The position numbers and the translations under genes were made by a program. A stretch of DNA of 63,784 nucleotides, the filler included, from Folioceros fuciformis (Eukaryota): assembly GCA_049999805.1 (NCBI GenBank). It is 10 parts of 10 records of this genome, joined end to end, with 100 filler letters (N's around TTAATTAATTAA, not from the genome) between each part and the next. Parts side by side here need not be neighbours in the genome. Positions count along the whole stretch, not along the records: positions 11,994 to 27,783 come from JBNGIO010001074.1; positions 27,884 to 35,033 come from JBNGIO010001075.1; positions 35,134 to 46,369 come from JBNGIO010001076.1; 7 more parts are not named here. One strand, 5' to 3'. This document shows, piece after piece, positions 24,703-35,901 of this stretch; position 1 is the stretch's first letter; each line of letters begins with the position of its first letter. The notes beneath the pieces were generated by a model. It was not told the origin of the DNA and did no database searches. It worked only from the letters and a program-made list of their open reading frames with translations.

Positions 24703-25973
24703 AGCGGATGTGAAGTTGCTCCCTAGCTTTACAATTCTTTAGGGACCTTTAAAGGGCTACCTTCGGATGCTAAGCAAACCGTCCACTAATTCTATAGTGG
24801 TGAGAGGATTTCGAGAAGTCTAACAAGATCATTTGTTGTCTGACCTCGAGTTTTTTTTTTGACATAGATCGTGTACTTTTCATGGTGCCCCTTCCATGTT
24901 TGCTGTAACTATGAACAACGGGAGTACCTCGTTGTGTTTTGGTTTTTGGTCGGCAAGTTCAGATCATCTCAATGGTTGGCACAATACTTTCTCCTGAACG
25001 TCTCCAACTCCCTTTTCCTTTCGCAAGCAAGGCTTTTCGGTATCCCTTACTCTTCGGCTTTTGTGTGCTCCGCTGAAACGGCAAACGCAGTACCCAACAT
25101 GGAATGTCTTGGTTGGCCGGTTGGTGCGATAGTCCATCATGTTTGTCCTTCACAACGGCCATTGTGTGGTGAGTACAAAGTCTTTGATCTGAGCTGTTTG
25201 TTACACGCAGCCCCTGTTTTGTATCTTGAGTAGGCCTAAATTGAATTAAAGGAGAGTTCCGAAACTATATTCGCTTTCTTTCCCCTAAGTTGGCTAAGCT
25301 GGAGGATAAGGCGATCAACTCAGGCTTTTTTCTTCAACGTTTTATCTTCTTTGAAAGTTTTTTGGCATGCATTAGTGTTCAACTTCTAGTGTTTGTGTCC
25401 AGCCCATGGTGCAGCCTAATTAGCTACCCTACTTTGATTCACCTGAATTTAGTTGAAGACCCCATTTTGAGCGTAACTCTACATTAATTCGACTTAAGCT
25501 TAGCTCGTGGAGCCTAAGCCATCAGCGAACACAGTTGTTCTTGCGTGCAAGGAGACGATTCACAGCTGCGTATGATGTCCCCGAGTTCCCACTTATCGCT
25601 GGATCCATAAGCATGCATCACATTCTTCCAGGCAACATCAATGCATGTAGTTCACGTATCTCCAAATCTTCCCAAACACTTCGCCTGGTTGCTTGCCAAC
25701 TCAGTGAGAGGCACGAAACACTCCCGAGCACATCCCCAAGCCCATTTTATCGGAGGCAAAATTGCACCTGCAATGCACAAACGAAAAGTAACCAAGTATA
25801 CGGGTAGTTGTTTACACACACTACTCGAGTGTTGGAAGTCAGAGGTACGTCTCTTCTACAAGCTGGAGAGAACATATTCACGGAACTCCTGCTCCCTTGT
25901 AACCGTTAATGTACATCAGACTTGCGGCCTACCGACCATAATCCCTGGGCCAGGAGGCAGCCACAAGACCAGG

Positions 25974-27746
25974 TTATCCGTCAGACATGGGGGATAGAGG
26001 AATATCCCCCTCGGAACTGTGGTCGTCTGACAAGAGAGCCGTGCCATCCAGAGAATGGTACTCCTCGTGTTCATCCTCATCCACCTCATCAGAGCTGGAA
26101 CCATCATTTGGTAAAAACAAGCTCGTCACAGCAAAACTACCCAAGAGCGTGTTGAGCAGCACCCTGTTCCGACGGAGTACTCTGCTAGCCCTAAGTTGTC
26201 TCAATAATGACGGCCAGCAAGAGCCCTCAGGCGCAATCTCAGCTCCCGGCAAGGGATTCTTACCAGAGGTTCCAGCATCAGGGTGATAGAAACTGCGATC
26301 TCCGAAATACTTCAGGATGTACTTCTGTGTGCTTGGCACTTTCTCAAAGTCGAAATCCAAGAGAGGTCTACCGACAACCATGACGTGGCATACACTGCAG
26401 ATGCAGCAGGACACAGGATAAGTAATGGCCAAGATGTCCTTCTTGCACACAGACCTCAAAAGCTTAATCATCACCACAAGCCGTGATGAGCATCAGAACT
26501 CAATTACTGTCAGTCGGCTTTAACCGACGACAGCGCAAAAACATGCCATATCGGAAACCGATGCTTACCAAATGTAATACTTGTTATCGGTCTCCTGAGT
26601 CTGCACACGGCCCAAGAGCTCCACTTGCAGTATACCCCCGATGCAGAGCACTGGCGAGGGAAGCTTAAAACACTGTAGAGTATCCACCTGGCAGAAAAGC
26701 CACACGCAGGAAACCTTAGAGGTCCAGTCACCAAATTTACTGCCACAAGTTCATTCTAGAAGATGCAAAGTCACACAATACCTGCTCCATGGGGAACTCT
26801 GGTGACACATACGCCCACTCAAAATTTGCATCCTTCCACTGACTCGTATCCCAGCTGATCATCATCCCGTTCTCAGAACCAAAATCTAAATTTGCTCCAG
26901 GCAAGCTCCCAAGCCTGATGCGGACACACTTGGCGGAATACACAGGATCTCCTTCCTGGAAAAAGGCTGTGATCACAGCACAGCACAGCACAGCCAGTGG
27001 TGAGACCCTGTCAGGTACACCGCTCGGACGGAGCAGAATTTCACAAACATCCGATGAAAGACGACTGCGACACACGCTGTACGTACCTTTGAAGGGGCGA
27101 ATTCTGACTTCATGCACAACACAGAGGCGGGAGACCAATTGATAGGTCAAAGTCTCCGGCACATCCGGACATGCTTGGCCGATGCTGGACCAATACGACG
27201 GAGTGTGCTCCTCGTCGTTATATGTCGGTCTCGGATAGAGCGTCTGGTTGATACACTCATCTGGAACATTGTCGGTACTGGAAGCCACAAGCGCCTCTTT
27301 GACACAGCTCTTGGGGCTACACAGTCCGTTCAGCTCCTGACAGAAAGTTCTGAAAACGCGGTTCTCCATCTCAATTGTATGCAGATACGAGCTTCTGCTC
27401 GGACTCCCTCCGTCTCTCCCTCTGCTGCTCGAATCCAAGACCGTTCCAAACTTCTCGACATCAGGGAACGCGTTAGTGCAGAGCCTCCTCCACAGGCGAC
27501 CCTCTCGTACTGCACAAAGCAACAACAGGCAGGCATACGTGATCCGCTCGACACAACTGGCACCACAAGACCCCTCCCGTACCTCAAAATGCTTTCACAC
27601 TCACCGAAACGTCTCCAAGCTGCCGAAACAGCCGAGGCCCTAGCAACATCGAGCGGAGACATGAGGTAACTAAGCACGTGCATTGCCGTATCGTCATCCA
27701 GCTTTGCCATCATGTCTTTCCCGCCGTCAAAAACGCACTCCTCCAT
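25974..27746 (-). CDS. F-box protein (At4g00755-like), multi-exon
   Basis: N-terminal F-box LDDDTAMHVLSYLMSPLDVARASAVSAAWRRF; ASSTDNVPDECI, SYWSSIGQ..PDVPETLTYQL, AFFQEGDPVYSAK, VSPEFPMEQ, FKLPSPVLCIGGILQVELLGRVQTQETD. Confidence 0.85.
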
Positions 27747-27783
27747 CCCGCAAGGCCCGATCCTATACAAGACCACAAACAAG

Positions 27784-27883
27784 NNNNNNNNNNNNNNNNN
27801 NNNNNNNNNNNNNNNNNNNNNNNNNNNTTAATTAATTAANNNNNNNNNNNNNNNNNNNNNNNNNNNNNNNNNNNNNNNNNNNN
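27784..27883. other. Artificial contig-joining linker
   Basis: N44-TTAATTAATTAA-N44. Confidence 0.98.
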
Positions 27884-27979
27884 TGCATCCCTTTATTGCC
27901 TGGTGGTTCACCTGGAGGTAGAGGTGGAGGTGGAGATAATGGTTCCCTTGGGAGCCCTGGAGATACTGCATTAGGAGAT

Positions 27980-28085
27980 CCTAGTGATCCCACACAAGGG
28001 CTACCTAATGACCCCACACAAGGGCTACCTAATGACCCCTCACAAGGACTACCTAATAATCCCCCGCAAGGGATACCTAATGATG
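27980..28085. repeat. 24-bp tandem repeat (~4 copies; reads PNDP(T/S)QGL)
   Basis: cctaatgaccccacacaagggcta-type units. Confidence 0.8.
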
Positions 28086-29232
28086 ATGGGTCCCAAGATG
28101 ACTGGTTCTCAGGGGGCATTTAGACATGTTGTAAAAGGTTGCTTATTCCTCCCTCATAAGGAGGTCATGAGTAAGTAAGAATACAAAGTGGAGTTTTTGT
28201 GCGAAAAAAAAATACAAAGTGGTGATAGACAAGTATAGTTAATGTATCTTTGAATTGTGCAAAAAAATATCTGGCTTTAATTTTAGTAATGCGATGGGTT
28301 TTTTTTTATAATTCAAAATTATATTTATTATAAAATAGATTATAATTCTTTTCTCTCATTTTAAAAATACATTACTGCTTTTATATTACAGTAACCTATG
28401 AAATCATGTACAAAGATAGTGGCCAACATTCTAATCCCTATCTACATCTACTCTCACAATTGTCTCTTTTCTTAGAGAAAACTAACGTTGTATATATAAT
28501 TATTATTTTTTAAGTGGTGAACATATTTGTTACCTTTAACTTGATCATGGTACATTCTACTTATTTTAAGAATCAAATTTATTAAATAATTATTAGTATA
28601 ACATAAGATTAACTGCCTAATAGCAAACAATTGTTGAGTAGATGGTTGCTGTAATATCTAAACGGTATGTTATGCTCTTTGTATATGTTATTTATTTATT
28701 TTATTAATATAATATGAAATATGATAATAAATATTTAATACTATAATAAACATGAAAAATAGATAGTTCTTGGGTACATAGTTCTTATTTTAATAAATAC
28801 GCACACACAAAGTTCAAGGAAAGTCAGAATAAAAATTTTCTATGTGAACGTACATTAAGTCAACCAACTATACCAAACATTAGAATGTAACGTTGAAAAA
28901 GTCCACAACACTTGAAGAAGTCCACAACACATGCTATCGTCACCACAAATAGAATATTACATGTATATTTATATTTTTATATTTTTATTTCTCCATCCTT
29001 AAAAATTCTGTATTTGCAAACCACTGCATTTTCCCACTATTGGAAAAGGGGCGAAAGTCAGGTTATTTTCCCTTTTTGCCGTAATTAGGAAAAGGGAAGT
29101 AAGTCCGTAGCTACCAGCATAATTTCGTAATTAGTAAACGTAGGAAAACCTCATAACGGACCCAGGTCCGTTACTTATGGTTGGCACGACCTTCTTAGCT
29201 GATGACCTCAAGTCTGTACTTAAGGCACTTTC

Positions 29233-32200
29233 TGCCCAAAATGAAAGAAGCGTGTCTTGCCCAAAATGAAAGAAGCGTGTCTTGTAGCACTCACAACTCG
29301 CACAATCCTTGCGTTGGAAATTCAAGGTTGTGGCATTTGGTATCAAAGCCTAGTTCTGGTCCTCGACAGCACAGGATCCTTGCAATTGGATCATCGGTTG
29401 TGAACAAGTCTGTAGATACAAGATGAGTGACGTCATACCACTTGCAGAGGTGGAGAAGAGGATCTCCAACGGGAGCGAGGAGGACAATTCCCTGTTGGGC
29501 ATCGGAGACCGAGTGAGAAAGAGAGCCAAACGCTGGCATTAGGAGAGTGACGGGCGCATCACAGATCTGCAGGTTCTTGGCCAGGAACCTGTAGAAAATC
29601 CAAGTCAGAAGAAACGGAGAGAATTGCTTCAGCAGCAGCGCCGGGAACAGGCGGACCAGGAGTTGGAGTTCCTGATGGAAGTATACGCAAGACGAGGAGA
29701 CCCAGAGCCGGAGGTGGAATATGCCACAGAGCCCATGCTGAGGCGAAGGGGCCGATCTCGAAAACGAGGAAATCCAGTTGCCTTCCTGCCGCGAGATAAG
29801 TCATAGTTGGGAGTACATGACGAGGATCTAGATCAATCCTCCTCGGAGCACAAACCGGGACGAACTACACCCATGATGGCAACATTGGACGGCTAGCAAG
29901 AGCGGGACGAATCAATTAGTGGCAAAATTGGGAAGCCCGTACCAAAAGTGTGGAGCATACATGCGCCAAGATTACCTGCAACCTGTCCGCCTAGGGCCGT
30001 CAACTGAGGGAAGTAGAAGCCGCCGTGTCTCGAATCGAAACACATGTGCAGGAGAGCTAGGCCCGCGTCGAACGACAGCTTGATGGAGTTCTTCAGGCAC
30101 TGGGCCACACGGGACCGGCCATGCCTGACCCCTTGCACCTGCCACACTAGAGTAGGTGGTTAGATGAGCAACAGCCCGACTCAATGCTGCCGAGAATGGA
30201 GAAGGCCATAGAACAGGGTTCCGAAGGCACAGCAAGGGATTTACAGGCGGATACCTGTCGGTGCGATGGTCGAGGCTCATTAGTGAGTCCCAGGGTTCAT
30301 GGTGTGACCTAGACTGGGGGCAAAGACAAGGGCCTAAAGAAACTTTTGATAGATCTGTTGCCAGGAGAGTGGGAGAATCTAGAGATCTAGGCCTTAGTCC
30401 GGAGGCTACACATGATGCGATACGAGAATTATGAGACATAGAAGGGAAAATCCACCCCGGACTCCAGATCTGTCGAGGAGGAGCTGATCTCGTTCAGACC
30501 TAGAGGACTCTCGACAAGGACCTGCAACACAAAATCAAAACCTCCACCTTCAAGGGCTCAAACAAGGATGCATAGAACACGTACGACTCGATAGACAAAA
30601 TGGAGAAGTTCCTGGGGTCGAGCGATAAGGACGACGGACAGAAGATCCAGTTCTATGTAATGAGTCTAGAGGGTTGAGACATTGACCAAGTGTTTGGCAG
30701 AGCTTGAGGTGAAGACTATTCGTAACCAAGCACCAAGGAGATCACCATCTCCTGGGATGCACGAGGTATATTGCTCAATTTGTCCACAAGTAGGTCATAC
30801 CAATAGGGAGTGTGCTAGAGCACCGAGACATGCTATCAATCAGGTGGAAGCTTACATGTTAGGTGACTATTGGTATGTGTATGATTCTTACCAAGTGCAG
30901 GTTGTGAAAGCCCCTCGCTTTCCGCAATCATTGAGGCCATCTTACCTACCGGCAGCAGCTCCTGCAATGAGGTATGGGAGGCCATCTTCACCTGGATCAT
31001 GGATGCTTGATCCATCACAAAGGCCTCAAACCGTTCCTCCAAGAGGGTGTTACAATTGTGGAGTGACAAGTCATTACGCAATAGATTGTCCATAACCGCG
31101 CTGACATATTGGTTTTGTACCGTTCTGTTAGATTTGTAAGGATTCAGGACATAGAGTAGGAGATCCTAGGTGTATGGGGATTCCAAAGACGATACCTCCT
31201 AGGACATCTGGAGTAAGGATCATAGAGGCAGCCATGGAGACTGTTGCTGCTGTGATAAAACCATTTGCCCGGTGACAAGTGCGTCAATTCTGTCCGTAGA
31301 GGCTGAGGAGGCGGTCAAGACTGAATTTGAGATGTACTCATGAATTGTGGAGGAAGGCTATGCCAATGAGTACAGTGATGGTGAGGAAATTGCAGTGGCA
31401 AGGGTTGTCACAAGTTCGGAAAGGAGAGAAAAGGAGCGGAAAAAGGGATATCATCAGAGTAGGAAGGACCAAAGGAGGAAGGAAAAGGACAATCCTCCTT
31501 GGGTTGCTGAGACAAGGAGGGCAACGTTGGTCAACAAGGAGAAGGAGGATTTTTCTTTCAGACCGAAGGATCTGTTTGCTCGGAATGACTCAGTTTTGAC
31601 AAACAAGAGTGTGCAGGAGCAGGATACTACAGACTTGAAGGAGGAAGATCCGACTAAAGAGGCTTCAGTCAGGATAGGAGAGTCATTGTTTCCTCCTCAC
31701 ATCAGTCACGAAGTAGCTGTGATGTTAGAGGATTTGGACAGGTTGATGAAGAAGGCTAAGAAGGTTTCATTTTTAGAGCCTTTGGTGACAAGAGTGTAGA
31801 GAGTACTCCTCCGGTGGGAGAGCAGACGGAAGGAGAGGATTGCCAACAAGGAGGAGGAGGGGGGGTAATCTCTCCCCATGAGGTGGAGACAGCCCGAGAG
31901 GCTTTGGCCATGAAGGTGGCAAGGTTTGCGAAGGCCCTGTTAGATCAAGAATTTGTGCTGAGCTTGAGGCAACTTTTGTCAGTCAGCCCCAAAACTAAGA
32001 AAGTGTTAAAGGAGGCCATCCAAGAGATGCCGAAGTCACTACATGGGAGAGATGTGAGGTATGTAGTGAATGCAGCTGTGGAACTTGTGGATCGTGGAGC
32101 CCCTAAAATTAAGATAGAGATAGCTTTAAGATAAGGTAAGCGATGATAAGATAAGCGGTGCCGCTTGCAAATGGCCGCTTGGTGCTGAATGTGCCACTTG

Positions 32201-32270
32201 ACACAGGGTCGGGAGTAAACCTCATGACGGAAGACAACTTATAAGTTGGGGTATACAGAGTTCAATACTG
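29233..32270 (+). mobile_element. Decayed Ty3/Gypsy-type LTR retrotransposon: LTR end, PBS, gag zinc knuckles, protease
   Basis: LTR end ...tggCA at 29335 followed by PBS TGGTATCAAAGCC (29338-29350); CSICPQVGHTNREC and CYNCGVTSHYAIDC knuckles; protease LDTGSGVNLM near 32197; many stops; 25-bp duplication 29233-29282. Confidence 0.75.
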
Positions 32271-32273
32271 TAA

Positions 32274-32672
32274 GGGTCTACACTCACCATTTCCATGTTC
32301 TTCTCGGGGTCTACACTCACCATTTCCATGTTCTTCTCGGGCTCGTGTTCACTCTTGTTTAGCTAGCTAAACAAGAGTCCTGCTCAGAAGCAAGAGTGTG
32401 CAGGAGCAGGATACGCATAGCTTCTGCGTTTGAGAGTGCAGGATACGCATAGCTAGACAAACAAGCATCGAGACGTTTGAGAGTGCAGGATACGCATAGC
32501 TAGACAAACAAGCATCGAGACAGGATGCTTGTTTAGCTAGCATGCGTATCCTGCAAACAAGCATGCTTCTGCGTTTGAGAGTGCAGGATACGCCTAAATG
32601 CCAGAAGCTATGAGCAGGATGCTTGTTTAGCTAGCTAAACGAGTATGCTCATAGCTTCTGGCATTTAGGCGT
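32274..32672. repeat. Mosaic of short direct and inverted repeats with an 83-nt hairpin
   Basis: Duplicated gggtctacactcaccatttccatgttcttctc; repeated gtttgagagtgcaggatacgc and gtttagctagctaaac; perfect 27-bp arms 32590-32616 / 32646-32672. Confidence 0.85.
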
Positions 32673-33329
32673 TTTTAATTGTACTAACAATATTTACAAC
32701 CATGATGAGATTCTAGATGGGTTTGGCCCACCCTTTGTCATTTTCTCTCTCATCTCAACATGTAGTTGTGGAGTTACTATCATCGACTCAAGGTCCCATT
32801 TGAATAGTGTCCCATTGAGAAGTAGCGCATTGTCATCCATGGTGCCGTTGGGATGTCATCAATGACTAGGGAGTGTGGGTTTCACTCATACAAGGAGCAT
32901 CCATATACTTTGCATACTTTGCACAATAGGGTTTCACTCAAATCCGATCCTTTGTTTCATAAAGGAGGAGCATATTTGTCTTGTTGATGTGATGCTCACG
33001 AATCTCAATAAGGATTTGGTTTGTGAGCATGTCGGTATTGACCTCCTTGAATGGGTGGCTGAGGGTTGTGTGATTGCCAAAGTAAAAATATAGCAATTGT
33101 TCCAGTTACGGTACCTCCCTTGCAGGCTTGTCTCGTGACGGTTATAATAACCGCTTGCAAATACGTTATAAATTTTGTGCTATCATCAATGCATTAAAGC
33201 TTTCTATGCTCCTTTGAATTCAATCTTTGTGTGTGGCATAATACATTTTGCTTCTCGGCATCTTGCGATGCCACTTGCATCCTAAGCGGGATGCTTTTAC
33301 AATATCCATTAATATTCTCCCCTACAAGA

Positions 33330-33530
33330 TCAACATGTTTTCATCCCCTTTGCTCTTGAAACCCCTAGAGCCATGGGTAAGGACTTTTTAAGGCTCATCA
33401 AGGAGTGTGCAAAGGAACATCATAATAATAGGAATGAGGTTCTTTCTCTTAGGTCTTAAGGTTTAGGGTGATCTTCTTCCAACAATACGTCCATTGTTTT
33501 GCAAAGGGTGTTGGCCAATGCAGTCTTTAG
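33330..33530 (+). mobile_element. Remnant of the restriction-like endonuclease end of a non-LTR retrotransposon
   Basis: FIPFALET-x-x-AMGKDFLRLIKECAK resembles the F-x-P-x-x-x-E-T-x-G motif of RLE-type elements. Confidence 0.4.
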
Positions 33531-34917
33531 AACAACGACAAAGTGCAGGTCAAGTGACTTCTTCAGCACCAATGCCAAGTAGGTGTTTGGTCATTTTGCA
33601 TCACAACATTTGAGGAAAAGTAAGTAGTTTTGGGAATGATAATAGGAGGAGATAGTCCCCATATTGGCCTTCAAATGGCCCTCTTCATATTGTTCCTTCT
33701 CATCTTTGGGTAGGTAAGATTTTCCATCTCTTTTTCAAAAATATACATCAATTCTTCTTATTTATAAGTAATTATGTATTTTCAAATTGTGATAATTTTA
33801 TGTCTTTTTATAAAACATTGGCTTCATTTTGATTTTTCACTTACAAAGGTAGCTCATGGTTGTAACAAGTGTGAACAAAAACAAAAATGCATAGCCCTTT
33901 TGGTAATTTGCTTATGTGTACTTAAACATATATAATGCTCACGAGCAAACTTGGTCTATGCATCTTGAATGAGCAGGCATTCTTGGAGCAACAAGAAGGA
34001 ATGTTCTATGACCTATATGTCTCAAAATTTAATATCCAAAAAATCTAGTTGATTTAGTTGTGCATGTTCATGAATGTTTTAAAAAAATTTAATAGTCTAC
34101 AGAAGTGGGTTTGTAAATTTTGCCACTTATTTTTAGTGCTATTGGTAGTCATTAGGCTTCAGGGGTTAGCCCCTAGTGTCCCAATCACGATTTATCTCCC
34201 TCTTTAGGGGTGGATGGGTTTTCGCATCTTGTTTTTCTAAAATGACTAAAAATCTCTTTTGCCACTTCAAAAGTTACGCTTTTGTTTGTTGAAGCTTGAC
34301 CAAATGCACAAGGACAATAATGGTGAGCTTTACGTTGATGCACTATGAAGAGATTGAGTGACATTGCTTCTCCCCGTACATTTGACTCATTGCTTATTGA
34401 GCTCATACTCCTTGTGGGGCCAAAATATAGGTAAATTGTGTAGCAAGTCTTGAATGTTGGACATTTATGGTTTATGGCACAATATGGATCAACTGCACTT
34501 GATTCACAAGGATTAACTTATTTTCCATGATCATAGTGATTGGTTTCTTATCTATCAGCATAATGAAAGACAAACAAAACCAACTGCTATTGTCCAATTC
34601 CATTATAGAAAAATCATTAATAGTAATTTTATGGTTAGCTGCAAATTCTAATTAAGACTTGTTGAACTATATTCATATTATTTTATTATTTTTTATACAA
34701 ATTATTTTTAGGGTTTTACGGTAGTGACACTCTCTAATAACCTATATTACGGTAATGACACTATCTAATAACCTATATATGCTTCTCATTAGTGTCATGA
34801 CATACTTACATTTTAAGATTGCATGAAGTAAGCAAACCCTATTCAAGTCTAAAAGTCAAAATTTCACTACACTGCACTACATCAAAAGTTTTTCTTGTGA
34901 AGTTTGCTTTGGTCCTT

Positions 34918-35033
34918 ATGAACATGGGAAAGCAATATAAAATTGGTCTTCTTTTCTTTCTCCTTACAATTTTGTGTATTACATCCTTTTGTAAAGCTGA
35001 GGAAAAAGGTAAAAATGATGGACGGCTTATGAA
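34918..35033 (+). CDS. First exon of a secreted protein (signal peptide only), truncated at contig end
   Basis: MNMGKQYKIGLLFFLLTILCITSFCKAEEK followed by GTAAAA donor; TATA-like cctatatat upstream. Confidence 0.5.
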
Positions 35034-35133
35034 NNNNNNNNNNNNNNNNNNNNNNNNNNNNNNNNNNNNNNNNNNNNTTAATTAATTAANNNNNNNNNNN
35101 NNNNNNNNNNNNNNNNNNNNNNNNNNNNNNNNN
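35034..35133. other. Artificial contig-joining linker
   Basis: N44-TTAATTAATTAA-N44. Confidence 0.98.
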
Positions 35134-35771
35134 CTTGTGGAAGAGTGACTTGTGTTGCATGCTGCAAGAAGAACTTGTGGAAGAGTGACTTGTGTTGCAT
35201 GCTGCATGAAGAACTTGTGGAAGAGTGATTGGCTTGTGAGATATATAAGGCTGGCTTTGTGGAACTCTCCTTTGTTTAAGAGAGTTGTGGAGAGCACTCT
35301 TGTCAAGAGTGAAGCCCAATAGCTTCGTCTAGATTGCTAGACTCTTGTTGTGTGAGTCTTTGGTGGCCTGAAGAGAACCACTTGAAGGAGGCGGTTGGCG
35401 AGTTGTATCTGGTAGTAGTGTGATTTTCTTGTTTGTTAAATAGTGCATGCATCTCACTCTCAAAGTAGTGTGACAGCGCTTGTCCAAGCGGGTGCAGGCA
35501 GCCAAAGTTGCTGTGCTGATGGAGGTGTGGAAGAGGCTCCTTGAGTCCTGCAGGCAACGTGTTCATGTGAGTCCTTTATCCGAGAAACGTCTACTGCTAT
35601 GCTTGTGGAAGCCTGAGGATACATCAGTTCATGAGGTGGAGACCTCGTGTGTGTTCCACGGTACCATGGATTGAAGCTGAAGCGGTGATGAGCAACAGGA
35701 TCGCCGTTCTTAGAGCAACAAGGTGTTGAAGGGGTCCTCCTCCTCTCTTCTTAGCCCGGCGGGCCCTTTAC
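35134..35771 (+). mobile_element. Probable LTR fragment with 40-bp tandem repeat
   Basis: cttgtggaagagtgacttgtgttgcatgctgca..aagaa x2.3, TATATAAGG, plausible terminus ...cccTTTACA near 35771. Confidence 0.45.
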
Positions 35772-35901
35772 AGCACATAGCATGAGAGTCTGCTGTACAT
35801 GTGCAACAGCCCCTGGCGAATTTTTTTCAACTCGGGTTGGAGTGTGAGCATCTAGATGTAGAGGACGGCAGGCGCACGAGGGGATTGTATACCGTTTCAG
35901 A

